Shown one piece after another: positions 6,920 through 15,827 of a DNA stretch of 45,213 bases. Position numbers and translations under genes: made by a program. Positions within the stretch are counted from its first letter, which is position 1. Every line of letters begins with the position of its first letter. This DNA is from a virus. The notes beneath the pieces were generated by a model. The model saw only the letters and a list, made by a program, of their open reading frames with translations, ran no database searches and was not told the origin of the DNA. The stretch lies in IMG/VR virus record IMGVR_UViG_3300010224_000017. The stretch is one strand, 5' to 3'.

Positions 6920-8131
6920 TCACAAGCCGATGGCAGTCTTGATCGCGGCTCCGATGGCGTAGCCCATGGCCTGGTAAATGCCGGCTCCAGGATGCAGGCC
7001 ATCAGCGTTTGGATAGAGTCCTGCGCCCGACAGGCTGGAATAGGTGTTGACGCGCGTTCCTACCGTGCTGCCGGGGTCAAGCGTCGTCGGATAGGCGGCG
7101 TAGAGAACCTGCGGCGTATCGATGAATGAGCAGGTCGGGTTGGCTGCGACCAGATCGAGATAGGCCTGAAGCACGGCTGCGGCGCTCCATGTGTCGGTCG
7201 TCGTCGCGTAGGCGCTGATGGGGTTGGGGTGAACCAGGATGACCTTAGCGCCAATGTTCAGCGCCGCCGTAATGATCGCCTGCATGTTGCTCTTGAAGGT
7301 GGCGATGGTGATCCCGGTCTGGCGATAGTCGTTGATGCCGAGATTGATCACGACAACGTGCGGGGCAACCGCCTGCATCGCGCCGATCGGGTTATTCGCA
7401 TTCAGGTTGGTCGAGCTGTTCCAGTCCGACGTTTTCCAGTTGCGAGCACCGGCATTGAAGATCTGCACCGATGGTGTCGTGCTGTCGTAGACGTTGATGA
7501 TCGGCATGTAGACGCCGGCGCCACCGGTTCCGCCCGTGCCCGAATAGGTGATTGTGTGCGTGCCCTTGGCGACCGTCTGGGCAATGCGCAGCATGTCTCG
7601 GGTTGCGTTGTTCGCGCTGTAGAGCGTGGCCGTTCCGCCATCGACCGAGATATTCAGGTTGCCGCCGCCGCTGACGCGGGGCTGCCATACTTCAATCGTG
7701 TCGAAGGCTGAGGCCGGAGTGATGGCGAGGCTCGGAGGAGGAGTGCCCGTCGCGATCAACTGCTTCTGCGCGCCGCCCGCGGTCGGGGAAGCCGAGCCCG
7801 TGGTCATGCTACCAGTCAGAACAATGTCGGGCCGGTAGAGCGGCCAATCCGTGCCCGCCGTCATGTTGTTGTCGGAGGTGACCGTATCGGCAATCGTATT
7901 GATGCCGGCCGCGTTGAGGTAAGCGGCTGCCTGGAGAGGAAAGCTGTACGGGCGCGATCCGCCGACATTCCCGCTTCCGCCCGAACCTGCACCCACGCCG
8001 ACCGTCGTGCTATCTCCGACGAAGAACACTCGCTTGTTGGCGGACAGGACAGGCGATCCGCCCCCACCGCCGGCGCTCGCAGCCCGCAAGCCGTCCCGAA
8101 GGTTCTTCATGCCATTGGGGTACATCGGCAT
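6920..8131 (-). CDS. SGNH/GDSL-family hydrolase (candidate tail-associated esterase/deacetylase)
   Basis: Block I FFVGDSTTVG, block III INLGINDY and block V DGLHPG. Confidence 0.75.
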   Translation of the reverse strand: MPMYPNGMKNLRDGLRAASAGGGGGSPVLSANKRVFFVGDSTTVGVGAGSGGSGNVGGSRPYSFPLQAAAYLNAAGINTIADTVTSDNNMTAGTDWPLYRPDIVLTGSMTTGSASPTAGGAQKQLIATGTPPPSLAITPASAFDTIEVWQPRVSGGGNLNISVDGGTATLYSANNATRDMLRIAQTVAKGTHTITYSGTGGTGGAGVYMPIINVYDSTTPSVQIFNAGARNWKTSDWNSSTNLNANNPIGAMQAVAPHVVVINLGINDYRQTGITIATFKSNMQAIITAALNIGAKVILVHPNPISAYATTTDTWSAAAVLQAYLDLVAANPTCSFIDTPQVLYAAYPTTLDPGSTVGTRVNTYSSLSGAGLYPNADGLHPGAGIYQAMGYAIGAAIKTAIGL

Positions 8132-8137
8132 GTCAGA

Positions 8138-8605
8138 TCACCATTCGCGAACATACAGGGGGGTGGATGCGCCGGTGCAGATGACCGACACGGCTGTCGT
8201 CCCGACGTGGGTCGAAGGCGTCTCGTAATAGGTGCCGGCGGCGATCTTCAGGCTGTGATAGTCGGCCGTCGCCGTCCCCTGGCCGCTGATATAGCAGTCG
8301 CTCGACGCGCTCTGGTTCTGGATCGCGAAGCCACGGCGCGATGCGTTCGCGGCCATAAGCGTCGCAGCGGAAGTGCCGAACGTGCCACCGCGATCGGTGG
8401 AAGTCGTCAGCACGACCGTGTCCACATACAACGGACGGTGCGCGTCATCGCCGATGGTCTGCCCGGTGACGGCGCTGCGCAGGTTCACGTCCTGGCCGCC
8501 ATATTTGTTCGCGGCGGCCTGCGCGATCGCCGGAGTAGGGCAGAGAGCCAAAGCCGTGAAGGCGAGCAACATCGCCCCGCGAAGACGGGTCAGTTTCATC
8601 GTCAT
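8138..8605 (-). CDS. Secreted protein of unknown function (Sec signal peptide, beta-rich)
   Basis: MTMKLTRLRGAMLLAFTALALCPTPAIAQAA signal-like N-terminus. It lies directly downstream of the J-like gene. Confidence 0.6.
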   Translation of the reverse strand: MTMKLTRLRGAMLLAFTALALCPTPAIAQAAANKYGGQDVNLRSAVTGQTIGDDAHRPLYVDTVVLTTSTDRGGTFGTSAATLMAANASRRGFAIQNQSASSDCYISGQGTATADYHSLKIAAGTYYETPSTHVGTTAVSVICTGASTPLYVREW

Positions 8606-8635
8606 GTCTCCTGGAGAAGGAAGAAGAAGCTCGGC

Positions 8636-11308
8636 TCAGCCGAACTGGAGGTTCCCGCTGAGATTGAACGTCACGCCTGCCCCGCCGGAGCGGGAGGTGC
8701 GGACGCGGACTTGCACGATCGCCTTTGCCCCGGTCGTGTTGGTCCAGCTCGTATCGATGTAAGGGTCGGCGCTCGTACCAGTGGAGCTGCTCACGCTGGA
8801 GGTGGCGCTGCCGATCGAGGTGAAGGCACCGCCGTTGATTGAGATTTCCAGATACGTGGTGACCGACACCACGCCGGTCCCGCTCACGTAATTTAGCACG
8901 CCGTCATACCAGGCGGGGACGGTATCGCCCGCTGAGACCGCGAACTGCGCGAACGCAGTGTTGGTCACGTCGCTGGTGCTGTTGCTCGTGTTCCCGATCG
9001 AGGTGATCGGGGTCGCGCCCCCGCCGCTGCCATCGGCTCCGTCCTGCGCCATGATCGCGGCCGTTTCCCATTCCGTGGAGGCGATCGTGTCCGTCGCACC
9101 CGCGGAAAGCGCGGTCGCGACCGTGAACCAAAGTGGGTTGCCGTTGTGTGCGGGCGGCGACTTCGTCCACCCGTTATTCAGGCCTGACACGGTCCCGTCC
9201 GCGAAGGTGTAGGTCACCGATGCGCTGGGGCCAGCGGGGGTCGGCGACGCGGGAGCCCGCTTATAGATCGTGATTTCGCGCGCGTTCACGCCGGCGCCAG
9301 TCACAAGGACGGGATCCGCCCATTGTGCGCTCGTGATCGTGATCGACGTCGATTGTGAGGCCGAAGAAGCGGCGGTCTCCCACAGCGGATTGCCGTCATT
9401 TGCCGGCTCGCCGAGCGTCCACCCGTTCAAGGTCCCGGAGATGGTTCCGGTGCTATAGCTGTAGGTGCACGAGCCGGGCTTGGCCGGAGTGGTCGCCGCC
9501 CGCTTGAAGAGCCGCACGAAAGCGTTGTTGTAGCCCGCCGCGCCGGGCGCGCCGTCTGCGCCAGGATCGCCCGGCGGGCCGACGAATTTCGCCCAGGTAT
9601 AGTCGGCCGGATTCGTGCTTTCCGTCGGGCCCGCCTTGTTGAAGGCCTGACCGATGTAAGTGCGCGTGCCGGGGTTTCCGGTCGTGAAGTTGACCGTGCC
9701 GTCCAAGCTGTCGGCATAGGCCGTCCAGGTGTAGAGACCGGCGGCGTTGATGAGCGCTGACCGGTCGATGACCTGCAGCCCAGGCGTCGGCGGAGGCGTG
9801 CCGGTCTCGCCCAGAGCGAATGCATGCTTTTCCAGCGTTTCCGAGCGAAGCGTGAGCGTCACCGCCCCGGTCGCCGGATCAAGGTGCCGGTTGGTCACGA
9901 TCGCGGTCTGGCTGGACATGCAAAGCTCATCCGACGCGATCGTGAGCAGGTCACCTGGTCGGTACCCCGCCCATTTAAGCTTGAGCGGCAGCACGATCGG
10001 TCCGAATTCGCGCGCGTTGCAGATCGCGTAGGTCGCAAGCTCCGAAACCTGGTCTACGTCCTGAACCAGCTCCCACGTCATCGCCTTGGTGCGCGTGCGC
10101 CCGTCAGCGATCACATAGTCGGAGACCTGAACCAGGGCGGCCGGGACCAAGCTCCAGTCATGCGCCTCCGACCGATATGTCGGAATGATGCCGTTGATCC
10201 GATCCTTGATCTGCGGGGTGGTCTTCACCGAGCACGGGCCGATGATGTCGGCCGTCGTAATGGTGGCGAGGCTGACCCGCGGAGCGTCGATCCGGAAGGA
10301 CAGCTGTCCGCCGAGGCGGACCGGCTCGGCAGATGCTGCCGCGCAGATCTTCTTCAGGACCTCCCACTTCCCATCGGAGCTGTATACGACGCCGCCGACA
10401 GCCCACTCATTCGCATCCGCCACGTTCGCGGCATAGATCGCCGACGGCATGTCGATCGCTGCCAGAGCGAAGCCGATCCCAAGCAGTCGCTTCCCGTTCT
10501 GCCAGCGACCCAGGGCCCAAGTGAGGGCGTGCAAGATGGGGTTGGCCGAAAATACGTACGTCGACTCGTTCAGTGCCCGACAGCTGCCGGAACCTCCGGG
10601 AACTGTGCTGTCGAGCCGGGGATCGTATACGAGCGCGCCGCGAAGCGTGAACATTGGCTTTGGGATGACCGCGCCGGGGTATTTCTTGCCCTTGTCGTCG
10701 AACTTCACCGTCCAAGCGAATGCGGCATAGCCAGACATTTTCGCAGAGGAGACCCATCCCCCGGGGTAAGGCGCCGCAGCAAGCGCGGGCAGCGCGGACG
10801 CCTCCGGCGTGGCGCCCAGCTGCGTATGCATGAACATATAGTCCGCATAGTTGCCGGTCGCGTTCTCTCCGCTGAAGGTCACCGGGACGCCATCAGCAGT
10901 GAAGGAGTCGATCCCGGCGATCGGGCCGCCTCCACTCAGGACCCCGAAGAAGGTCTGATAGGCATTATTCGTCGATCCGCCGTAATCGAAGGTCTGACGA
11001 TGAACGAGGAAGCCGGCGACGCCCGTTCTCCCCATGGCGTAGGGTACGCCTTGATCCTTGTTGGCGGTGAATTTGTCCTGGGATCCGGAGAGACTTTGCG
11101 CCGGGGGCTTCGGCGCCGCCAATGTGGCCCCGACACTCAGGGCGGCTGACGTGGCAGCCAGAACCGTTGCAACTCCCGCGGCACTTGCCTTGATGCCAAG
11201 AGCGGCGAGCGCGCCGGCAGTGGCTTGCGGTGCGAGCACCCCCGCTGTGCCGATAATGAGGGCAGCGGCGCCAACCACGATAGCTGCTGTTTTCAAGGCC
11301 TTCGCCAT
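8636..11308 (-). CDS. Host-specificity / central tail fibre protein (lambda gpJ analogue with a gpI-like hydrophobic N-terminus)
   Basis: 890 aa, in the position after the K-like gene. Ala-rich hydrophobic N-terminus, GPPGDPGADGAPGAAG collagen-like triplets, and a tandem duplicated module of about 75 aa. Confidence 0.75.
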   Translation of the reverse strand: MAKALKTAAIVVGAAALIIGTAGVLAPQATAGALAALGIKASAAGVATVLAATSAALSVGATLAAPKPPAQSLSGSQDKFTANKDQGVPYAMGRTGVAGFLVHRQTFDYGGSTNNAYQTFFGVLSGGGPIAGIDSFTADGVPVTFSGENATGNYADYMFMHTQLGATPEASALPALAAAPYPGGWVSSAKMSGYAAFAWTVKFDDKGKKYPGAVIPKPMFTLRGALVYDPRLDSTVPGGSGSCRALNESTYVFSANPILHALTWALGRWQNGKRLLGIGFALAAIDMPSAIYAANVADANEWAVGGVVYSSDGKWEVLKKICAAASAEPVRLGGQLSFRIDAPRVSLATITTADIIGPCSVKTTPQIKDRINGIIPTYRSEAHDWSLVPAALVQVSDYVIADGRTRTKAMTWELVQDVDQVSELATYAICNAREFGPIVLPLKLKWAGYRPGDLLTIASDELCMSSQTAIVTNRHLDPATGAVTLTLRSETLEKHAFALGETGTPPPTPGLQVIDRSALINAAGLYTWTAYADSLDGTVNFTTGNPGTRTYIGQAFNKAGPTESTNPADYTWAKFVGPPGDPGADGAPGAAGYNNAFVRLFKRAATTPAKPGSCTYSYSTGTISGTLNGWTLGEPANDGNPLWETAASSASQSTSITITSAQWADPVLVTGAGVNAREITIYKRAPASPTPAGPSASVTYTFADGTVSGLNNGWTKSPPAHNGNPLWFTVATALSAGATDTIASTEWETAAIMAQDGADGSGGGATPITSIGNTSNSTSDVTNTAFAQFAVSAGDTVPAWYDGVLNYVSGTGVVSVTTYLEISINGGAFTSIGSATSSVSSSTGTSADPYIDTSWTNTTGAKAIVQVRVRTSRSGGAGVTFNLSGNLQFG

Positions 11309-11340
11309 GAGGCATGCTCCCGCCCCGGAGGGGCGATTCT

Positions 11341-11676
11341 ATGAAGTTGTGGATGGCGCTATCGCTGGTGGCATTTGCCGGCGCGGCGATTGCGGGGCCC
11401 ATTTCGAAATTCGACGGAAGACGCCCGACGGCGACTTTCACCAGCGCCAGCAAGCTCGAGGACGTCGAGCGGTGCTTAATCGATCTCGATCACCTTATGA
11501 TTCCGGTATCCTACCGGCAGCCCGACCGCCCCGATCGCGCGACGATCATCTGGGGCAATGGCCAGGGAGTGACTGTCTGGAGGGTGGACCTCACCAGGAC
11601 TAACTCAGGCACGCTTGTGAAGGCGTGGCTCGACGCAGATCGCGTGAAATCGTGCGCTGCGCCTAGCGCGGGTTGA
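11341..11676 (+). CDS. Secreted small protein encoded antisense within the tail module (moron candidate)
   Basis: ATG 11341 with GGAGGGG 8 nt upstream. Signal-like MKLWMALSLVAFAGAAIAGP. It is the only + strand gene within about 30 kb of minus-strand genes. Confidence 0.55.
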   Translation: MKLWMALSLVAFAGAAIAGPISKFDGRRPTATFTSASKLEDVERCLIDLDHLMIPVSYRQPDRPDRATIIWGNGQGVTVWRVDLTRTNSGTLVKAWLDADRVKSCAAPSAG

Positions 11677-12103
11677 TCCGCCAGGCAGTGACATATTCTA
11701 TCGGCTGAAGCACCACGGCGCCTTCGGTATCCTCGTGCCATCCTAAGACGCGGCCGAAGCCCAGAGCGACGGTGAGCGCGCCGAATGGCGGCTCTCCCGG
11801 TATCTCGATCACGTCTCCTACCAGCGCTGCGGCAGGAGGAATGCGTTCGAAGCCCATCTTGTCCAAGGCTTCGCCGATGCTGGCGACCCCCAGCCGCTTC
11901 AGCGCCCCACGTCCGCCGAGCGGCGTCTTAAACTGCCCGGCCTTCGCCAGCGGCGGCTTATGCCCGAGCCGGCGTAGGTGCTCGGCCACCATGCGAACGC
12001 AGTGGTGGCCCTTTGCCCAATCGATGGGCCGATCCCGCCAATCGTCGAGCAGGGTCTGCGTCGCCGCGGCCCTGATCTCCAGGGGAGTTGGATCGCGCTT
12101 CAT
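11663..12103 (-). CDS. Tail-tip protein, lambda gpK-position analogue (NlpC/P60-like fold suspected)
   Basis: Its position between the L-like and J-like genes. The motif GHHCVRMV has a candidate Cys. Confidence 0.5.
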   Translation of the reverse strand: MKRDPTPLEIRAAATQTLLDDWRDRPIDWAKGHHCVRMVAEHLRRLGHKPPLAKAGQFKTPLGGRGALKRLGVASIGEALDKMGFERIPPAAALVGDVIEIPGEPPFGALTVALGFGRVLGWHEDTEGAVVLQPIEYVTAWRINPR

Positions 12104-12753
12104 ACGTTATACCTGGGCATCATCTTGCCTATGATGGCGGAGGCAACACCCGGATAGCTGATGTTCTGGCCGCCCATGGGCGTCGCCAACCCCCAATAGA
12201 TGTCGCGCTCGATCCCGGTCACGTTCACGAAGCCGTACTCCCCGGGCCAATTGGATTCGTGAAAGGCGTCGCTCAGGCGGGCGCCTTCGTCTTCCTCAAG
12301 CAGGAGGTCGAACGCGCTAGAGCAATCAATTTCCACCTCGAAGACGCCGCGGTCTACATTCAGCTGCGGTTGATTGATCGCGCCGAAATAGAGCAAATAT
12401 GGGTCCGGAATGATCAGGCCGGTAACCGGGTCGATGCCGACCAGCCAGACATAGACCGGGCTTCCCTGATTGGTCGGCGCCGACAATTCCGCCGCCGCGG
12501 CAGCGCTGGGCGGCGCGATCGTGAAGCTGAAGCTTGGCGCCTCGTCGCCGATACCGTCCTCGATCTCGCTGATCGACGTGAGGGTGCCGTAGACCGCGTC
12601 CGTGTTGTTATAGGTATGGCCGGCCCAGCCGACCGCTCCGGAAGCTGCGTTGAACCGGATCGTGTATCCGGACAGCTGGACGTCGATCAGGATCGTCACG
12701 ACGGCAGCGTCGCCGTTCAGGACCGATGCGAATGCTGGAGAAAGCGCGGTCAT
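12100..12753 (-). CDS. Minor tail protein (lambda gpL-position analogue; resembles GTA g13/DUF2163-type hub proteins)
   Basis: Synteny; 4-nt overlap with the downstream gene. Confidence 0.55.
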   Translation of the reverse strand: MTALSPAFASVLNGDAAVVTILIDVQLSGYTIRFNAASGAVGWAGHTYNNTDAVYGTLTSISEIEDGIGDEAPSFSFTIAPPSAAAAAELSAPTNQGSPVYVWLVGIDPVTGLIIPDPYLLYFGAINQPQLNVDRGVFEVEIDCSSAFDLLLEEDEGARLSDAFHESNWPGEYGFVNVTGIERDIYWGLATPMGGQNISYPGVASAIIGKMMPRYNV

Positions 12754-13350
12754 CTACTTGATCTCGGCCACTGAGAACTGGATCCCGCGCGCCTTGAAGC
12801 GCTGCCAGGTCCAGCCCTTCTCGCTCCCGAGCAGCTTGCCCATGATGATGGGGGCGGCGAGGCGAACTGAGGCGCCGTCAGCGGGGGAATGGCGCAGGGG
12901 GAACTTGATAGGGACGGTAGCCTTGCCGTCGCTCCCGATCACCGTGTCGGCGGTGCACATATGGAGCGAGACGTAGGAGCCGTCGTCGGCGTTCAGAAAC
13001 TGTCCGCGGCGTATCGTATAGCCCGACGTCGCGCCGCGGATCTTGAGCGTGGAGCCGAGCTGGCCGGCGGTGTCCACGACTGCCGCACCCGGGCTCCCGA
13101 CGTCGATCATCTGCGTGAACGGCATCGAGACGATCTGGCCGACGGAATCGACCAGCGCCGCGATCCACTGCAGGGCGTCCGGATCCGGCAAAAGCTGCGG
13201 CAGCTCGACGTCCATCGCAAAGCGGTCGCCCGTGCGCCCGAGCCAGCTTTCGTCGCCGCCCGCGATCGGAGTCTGCCAGGCGCCGCTGCTGACGGGCCGC
13301 GGCGTCGCGGACTGCGGGTTTCGGACGGTGGGAAGCGCGATAACGGTCAC
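12754..13350 (-). CDS. Minor/distal tail protein (lambda gpM-position analogue)
   Basis: Lies immediately after the tape measure gene (ATGA overlap). Confidence 0.55.
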   Translation of the reverse strand: MTVIALPTVRNPQSATPRPVSSGAWQTPIAGGDESWLGRTGDRFAMDVELPQLLPDPDALQWIAALVDSVGQIVSMPFTQMIDVGSPGAAVVDTAGQLGSTLKIRGATSGYTIRRGQFLNADDGSYVSLHMCTADTVIGSDGKATVPIKFPLRHSPADGASVRLAAPIIMGKLLGSEKGWTWQRFKARGIQFSVAEIK

Positions 13351-15821
13351 CGCATGCGCCTCCCGATTCGCTTGTTGAGTGCTGCGTTCGCCAAGGCTGC
13401 CCCACCCTGGGCCCCGCGCGTCGCCGCGGCGGCTGCCATGGCGTTCATTTGCGCAAGCAGGTCTTCGGTCATTACTGCGCCGCGCAGATCGAACTGAAAC
13501 ACATTCGGGGCGCGATCATTGGCGGCGGCCAGCATCCGGCTGCTTTGGGAGGCTGGCGTGACGCGCGAACCGCGCGGGAGGTCGATGATCTCCGGGCCGT
13601 TCTCGGCGACCCAAGTCGCACCGCCGCTCCAATATTCCGTGCCACCGGCGTTGTGTCCGACGCTGAAGAAACTGCCGCCTGTCCCACCCGAGTAAGCGGA
13701 GGTCGGGAGCTTGCTGCCGCCGAACAGATTGCCGAGCCCGCCCAGGGCGCTGACCAGGGTGGGAAGCGACCCGCCGGTGAGCAGGTTCTTCAACGGGTTG
13801 ATTGCCGCCAGCTTCAGAAGCTCGGCTTCGATCTCGTGGAGCGCCGTTTTTCCCAGCGAGCCCCAGCTGTTCCAGTTCTGCGGATTGAACAGGCTGTCGA
13901 TGATCTCGCCGCCGAGCGAACGCATCTCCTCGAGGTTGTCGTTCGCGGCCTTCAGGACAGCGTTCATCTTGTCCTGCGCCTCGACACCGTCGAGAATGTT
14001 TCTGGCATTCTCGCTTTCGAGGTCGACGCCCTCCCGTTGCAGGCGCTGCTGGGTCACAAGCCGATCAATGAGGATTTGCCGCTTATCCGCGGACATCCCC
14101 ACAGTTTCGAGTTCCAGTTTGCTGATCGCTAGCGCATTGCGCTGGTCGACATCTGCGCCGACCGTGAAACTGAGAGGCGCTAAACGATCCTTCTGCTGGT
14201 CGGCCAGATCCTTGACGACGGACGACCACTCATCGGTCAGACCCTTCTCGAACAGCTTACTCATCTGCTCGTTGAAGGGCTGGAGATTGAAGCGGTTCAT
14301 GTGCTCAGTGAGCGTTTCGAGTTCTCGCGCTGCCGCGCGTGCGTCGCGCGCCGCATCACGATCGGCCTTCGCGTTGGCCTTCTTCGCATCCTCCGCCTTA
14401 TGGAGCTCGACATTCGCCGCAGTCAGTTCGATGCGATACTGCTCCAACGCCTTCTTCTTCTCGGGCCCCTCGACCATCGAGTCGATTGCCGAGCCTTTCT
14501 CCAGAAGGTCGTTCAGCTTGGCGCGCGCAGCGGCGACACCGTCTTGGGCCGTTGCCAAATCGACTTGGCGCCGGATCATCGCGGAAGTGACGACGGTGCC
14601 ACCCGCCAGCGCGGTGTTGAGCTCGCGCTGGTGGCCCTGCATTTCCTGAATTTTGCCCGCCGCCTCGGCCGCTTGGCCGGCATACGCCGAAACCTGGTCG
14701 GCCGCCTTCCGGAATTCGGGGAAGCGCTTTGCCACCTCGTCCAGATTGCGTGCGAGAACCGCCGAATTCGAACCTGAATCCTTGATCGCCTTGTCGAACT
14801 CGATGCGGCCGAGGAGGCTGTCGTTGCCGGGTGAGCCTGAGAGCCGTTGGCGCGCGGTATAGAACGCCATGTTCACGTAGCCCTGCGTGGTGCCGGCTTG
14901 GCTGGCGATCTGGCCGGGCAGGGTCATTTGCGCGATGATCGCGAGCTGGCGCGCCTGCTCCTTGAGCTTGCCGGTGTTGGCATCGATGAAGCGGCCCATG
15001 TCGGACTGCCTGTCCTCGAACGCCTTCAACTGCTTTTCGGCCTCCTTGGCCGCCTCGCCAGTTTCGAAGAGCTTCGGGCCGAATGCAGCCAGCAGGCCGA
15101 CGCCGAATTGGATGGCGAGGCCCCAGGGCCCGCTCATGATCGCCGCCATCTTGGCAAAGGCGCCGGTAGCGCCTTCCTTGGCACCGCCCGCGCCGATCGC
15201 TGCCGCGAGTTCGATGCCCTGCTCCGACGCGATAGTCATCAGTGGAAGGCCGGATGCCAGCGAGCTCGCCGCGTTCGAAACTGCCGATCGGAGCATCATG
15301 CCCTGGACGCTCGATCGCTCGAATGCGCCGCCCATCTGCGTAAGCTTCGCCTTGGCAGCGTCGTACTCGTGCCCGGCGGCGACTACCGCCTTCCTGTAGA
15401 GATCCTGATCAAGGGTCCCGTTCTTTTGCAGCGCATCGAGACGCGCGAGCTCATCGGCGTAGCGCTTCTCAGCAGCCCACAGAGGATCGATCGCGGCGCG
15501 GACGGCGTTAGCGGTCTTCTCCTGCTCAGCAAGCAGCCGATTCCAGTCGGCGGCGGCGGCGTTCTGGCCACCGCTGAATCCCGTACCGACCGAGCTTTCG
15601 ATCTGCTTCTGGATTGGCGTTGCCGACACGGCCAGCATCTTGTCGATGGCCGCCTGCCGCCGCTTGAAAGCCGCCTCGATGTCCTCGCTTGCCCGCTCGA
15701 ACTCACCGGACAGTTTCTTCGCGTTCGCCGATCCCGAAGCCGCGATGCTTTCAAAGCCGGCCTTGATCTCGGCATCGCCCTCGATGCCGAGGCGCAGGGA
15801 AACGCTAGGGCGTGTCGCCAT
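13347..15821 (-). CDS. Tail tape measure protein
   Basis: 824 aa, highly alpha-helical Ala/Lys/Glu-rich with Gly-rich hydrophobic blocks. It lies after the chaperone pair. Confidence 0.85.
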   Translation of the reverse strand: MATRPSVSLRLGIEGDAEIKAGFESIAASGSANAKKLSGEFERASEDIEAAFKRRQAAIDKMLAVSATPIQKQIESSVGTGFSGGQNAAAADWNRLLAEQEKTANAVRAAIDPLWAAEKRYADELARLDALQKNGTLDQDLYRKAVVAAGHEYDAAKAKLTQMGGAFERSSVQGMMLRSAVSNAASSLASGLPLMTIASEQGIELAAAIGAGGAKEGATGAFAKMAAIMSGPWGLAIQFGVGLLAAFGPKLFETGEAAKEAEKQLKAFEDRQSDMGRFIDANTGKLKEQARQLAIIAQMTLPGQIASQAGTTQGYVNMAFYTARQRLSGSPGNDSLLGRIEFDKAIKDSGSNSAVLARNLDEVAKRFPEFRKAADQVSAYAGQAAEAAGKIQEMQGHQRELNTALAGGTVVTSAMIRRQVDLATAQDGVAAARAKLNDLLEKGSAIDSMVEGPEKKKALEQYRIELTAANVELHKAEDAKKANAKADRDAARDARAAARELETLTEHMNRFNLQPFNEQMSKLFEKGLTDEWSSVVKDLADQQKDRLAPLSFTVGADVDQRNALAISKLELETVGMSADKRQILIDRLVTQQRLQREGVDLESENARNILDGVEAQDKMNAVLKAANDNLEEMRSLGGEIIDSLFNPQNWNSWGSLGKTALHEIEAELLKLAAINPLKNLLTGGSLPTLVSALGGLGNLFGGSKLPTSAYSGGTGGSFFSVGHNAGGTEYWSGGATWVAENGPEIIDLPRGSRVTPASQSSRMLAAANDRAPNVFQFDLRGAVMTEDLLAQMNAMAAAAATRGAQGGAALANAALNKRIGRRMR

Positions 15822-15827
15822 AATGGC

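Noticed and set aside
9041-9523. Duplicated modules in the J-like gene as a diversity-generating retroelement target/template pair.
   Set aside because: There is no reverse transcriptase anywhere in the genome. The two copies differ by general divergence, not adenine-specific substitutions, and both are coding.
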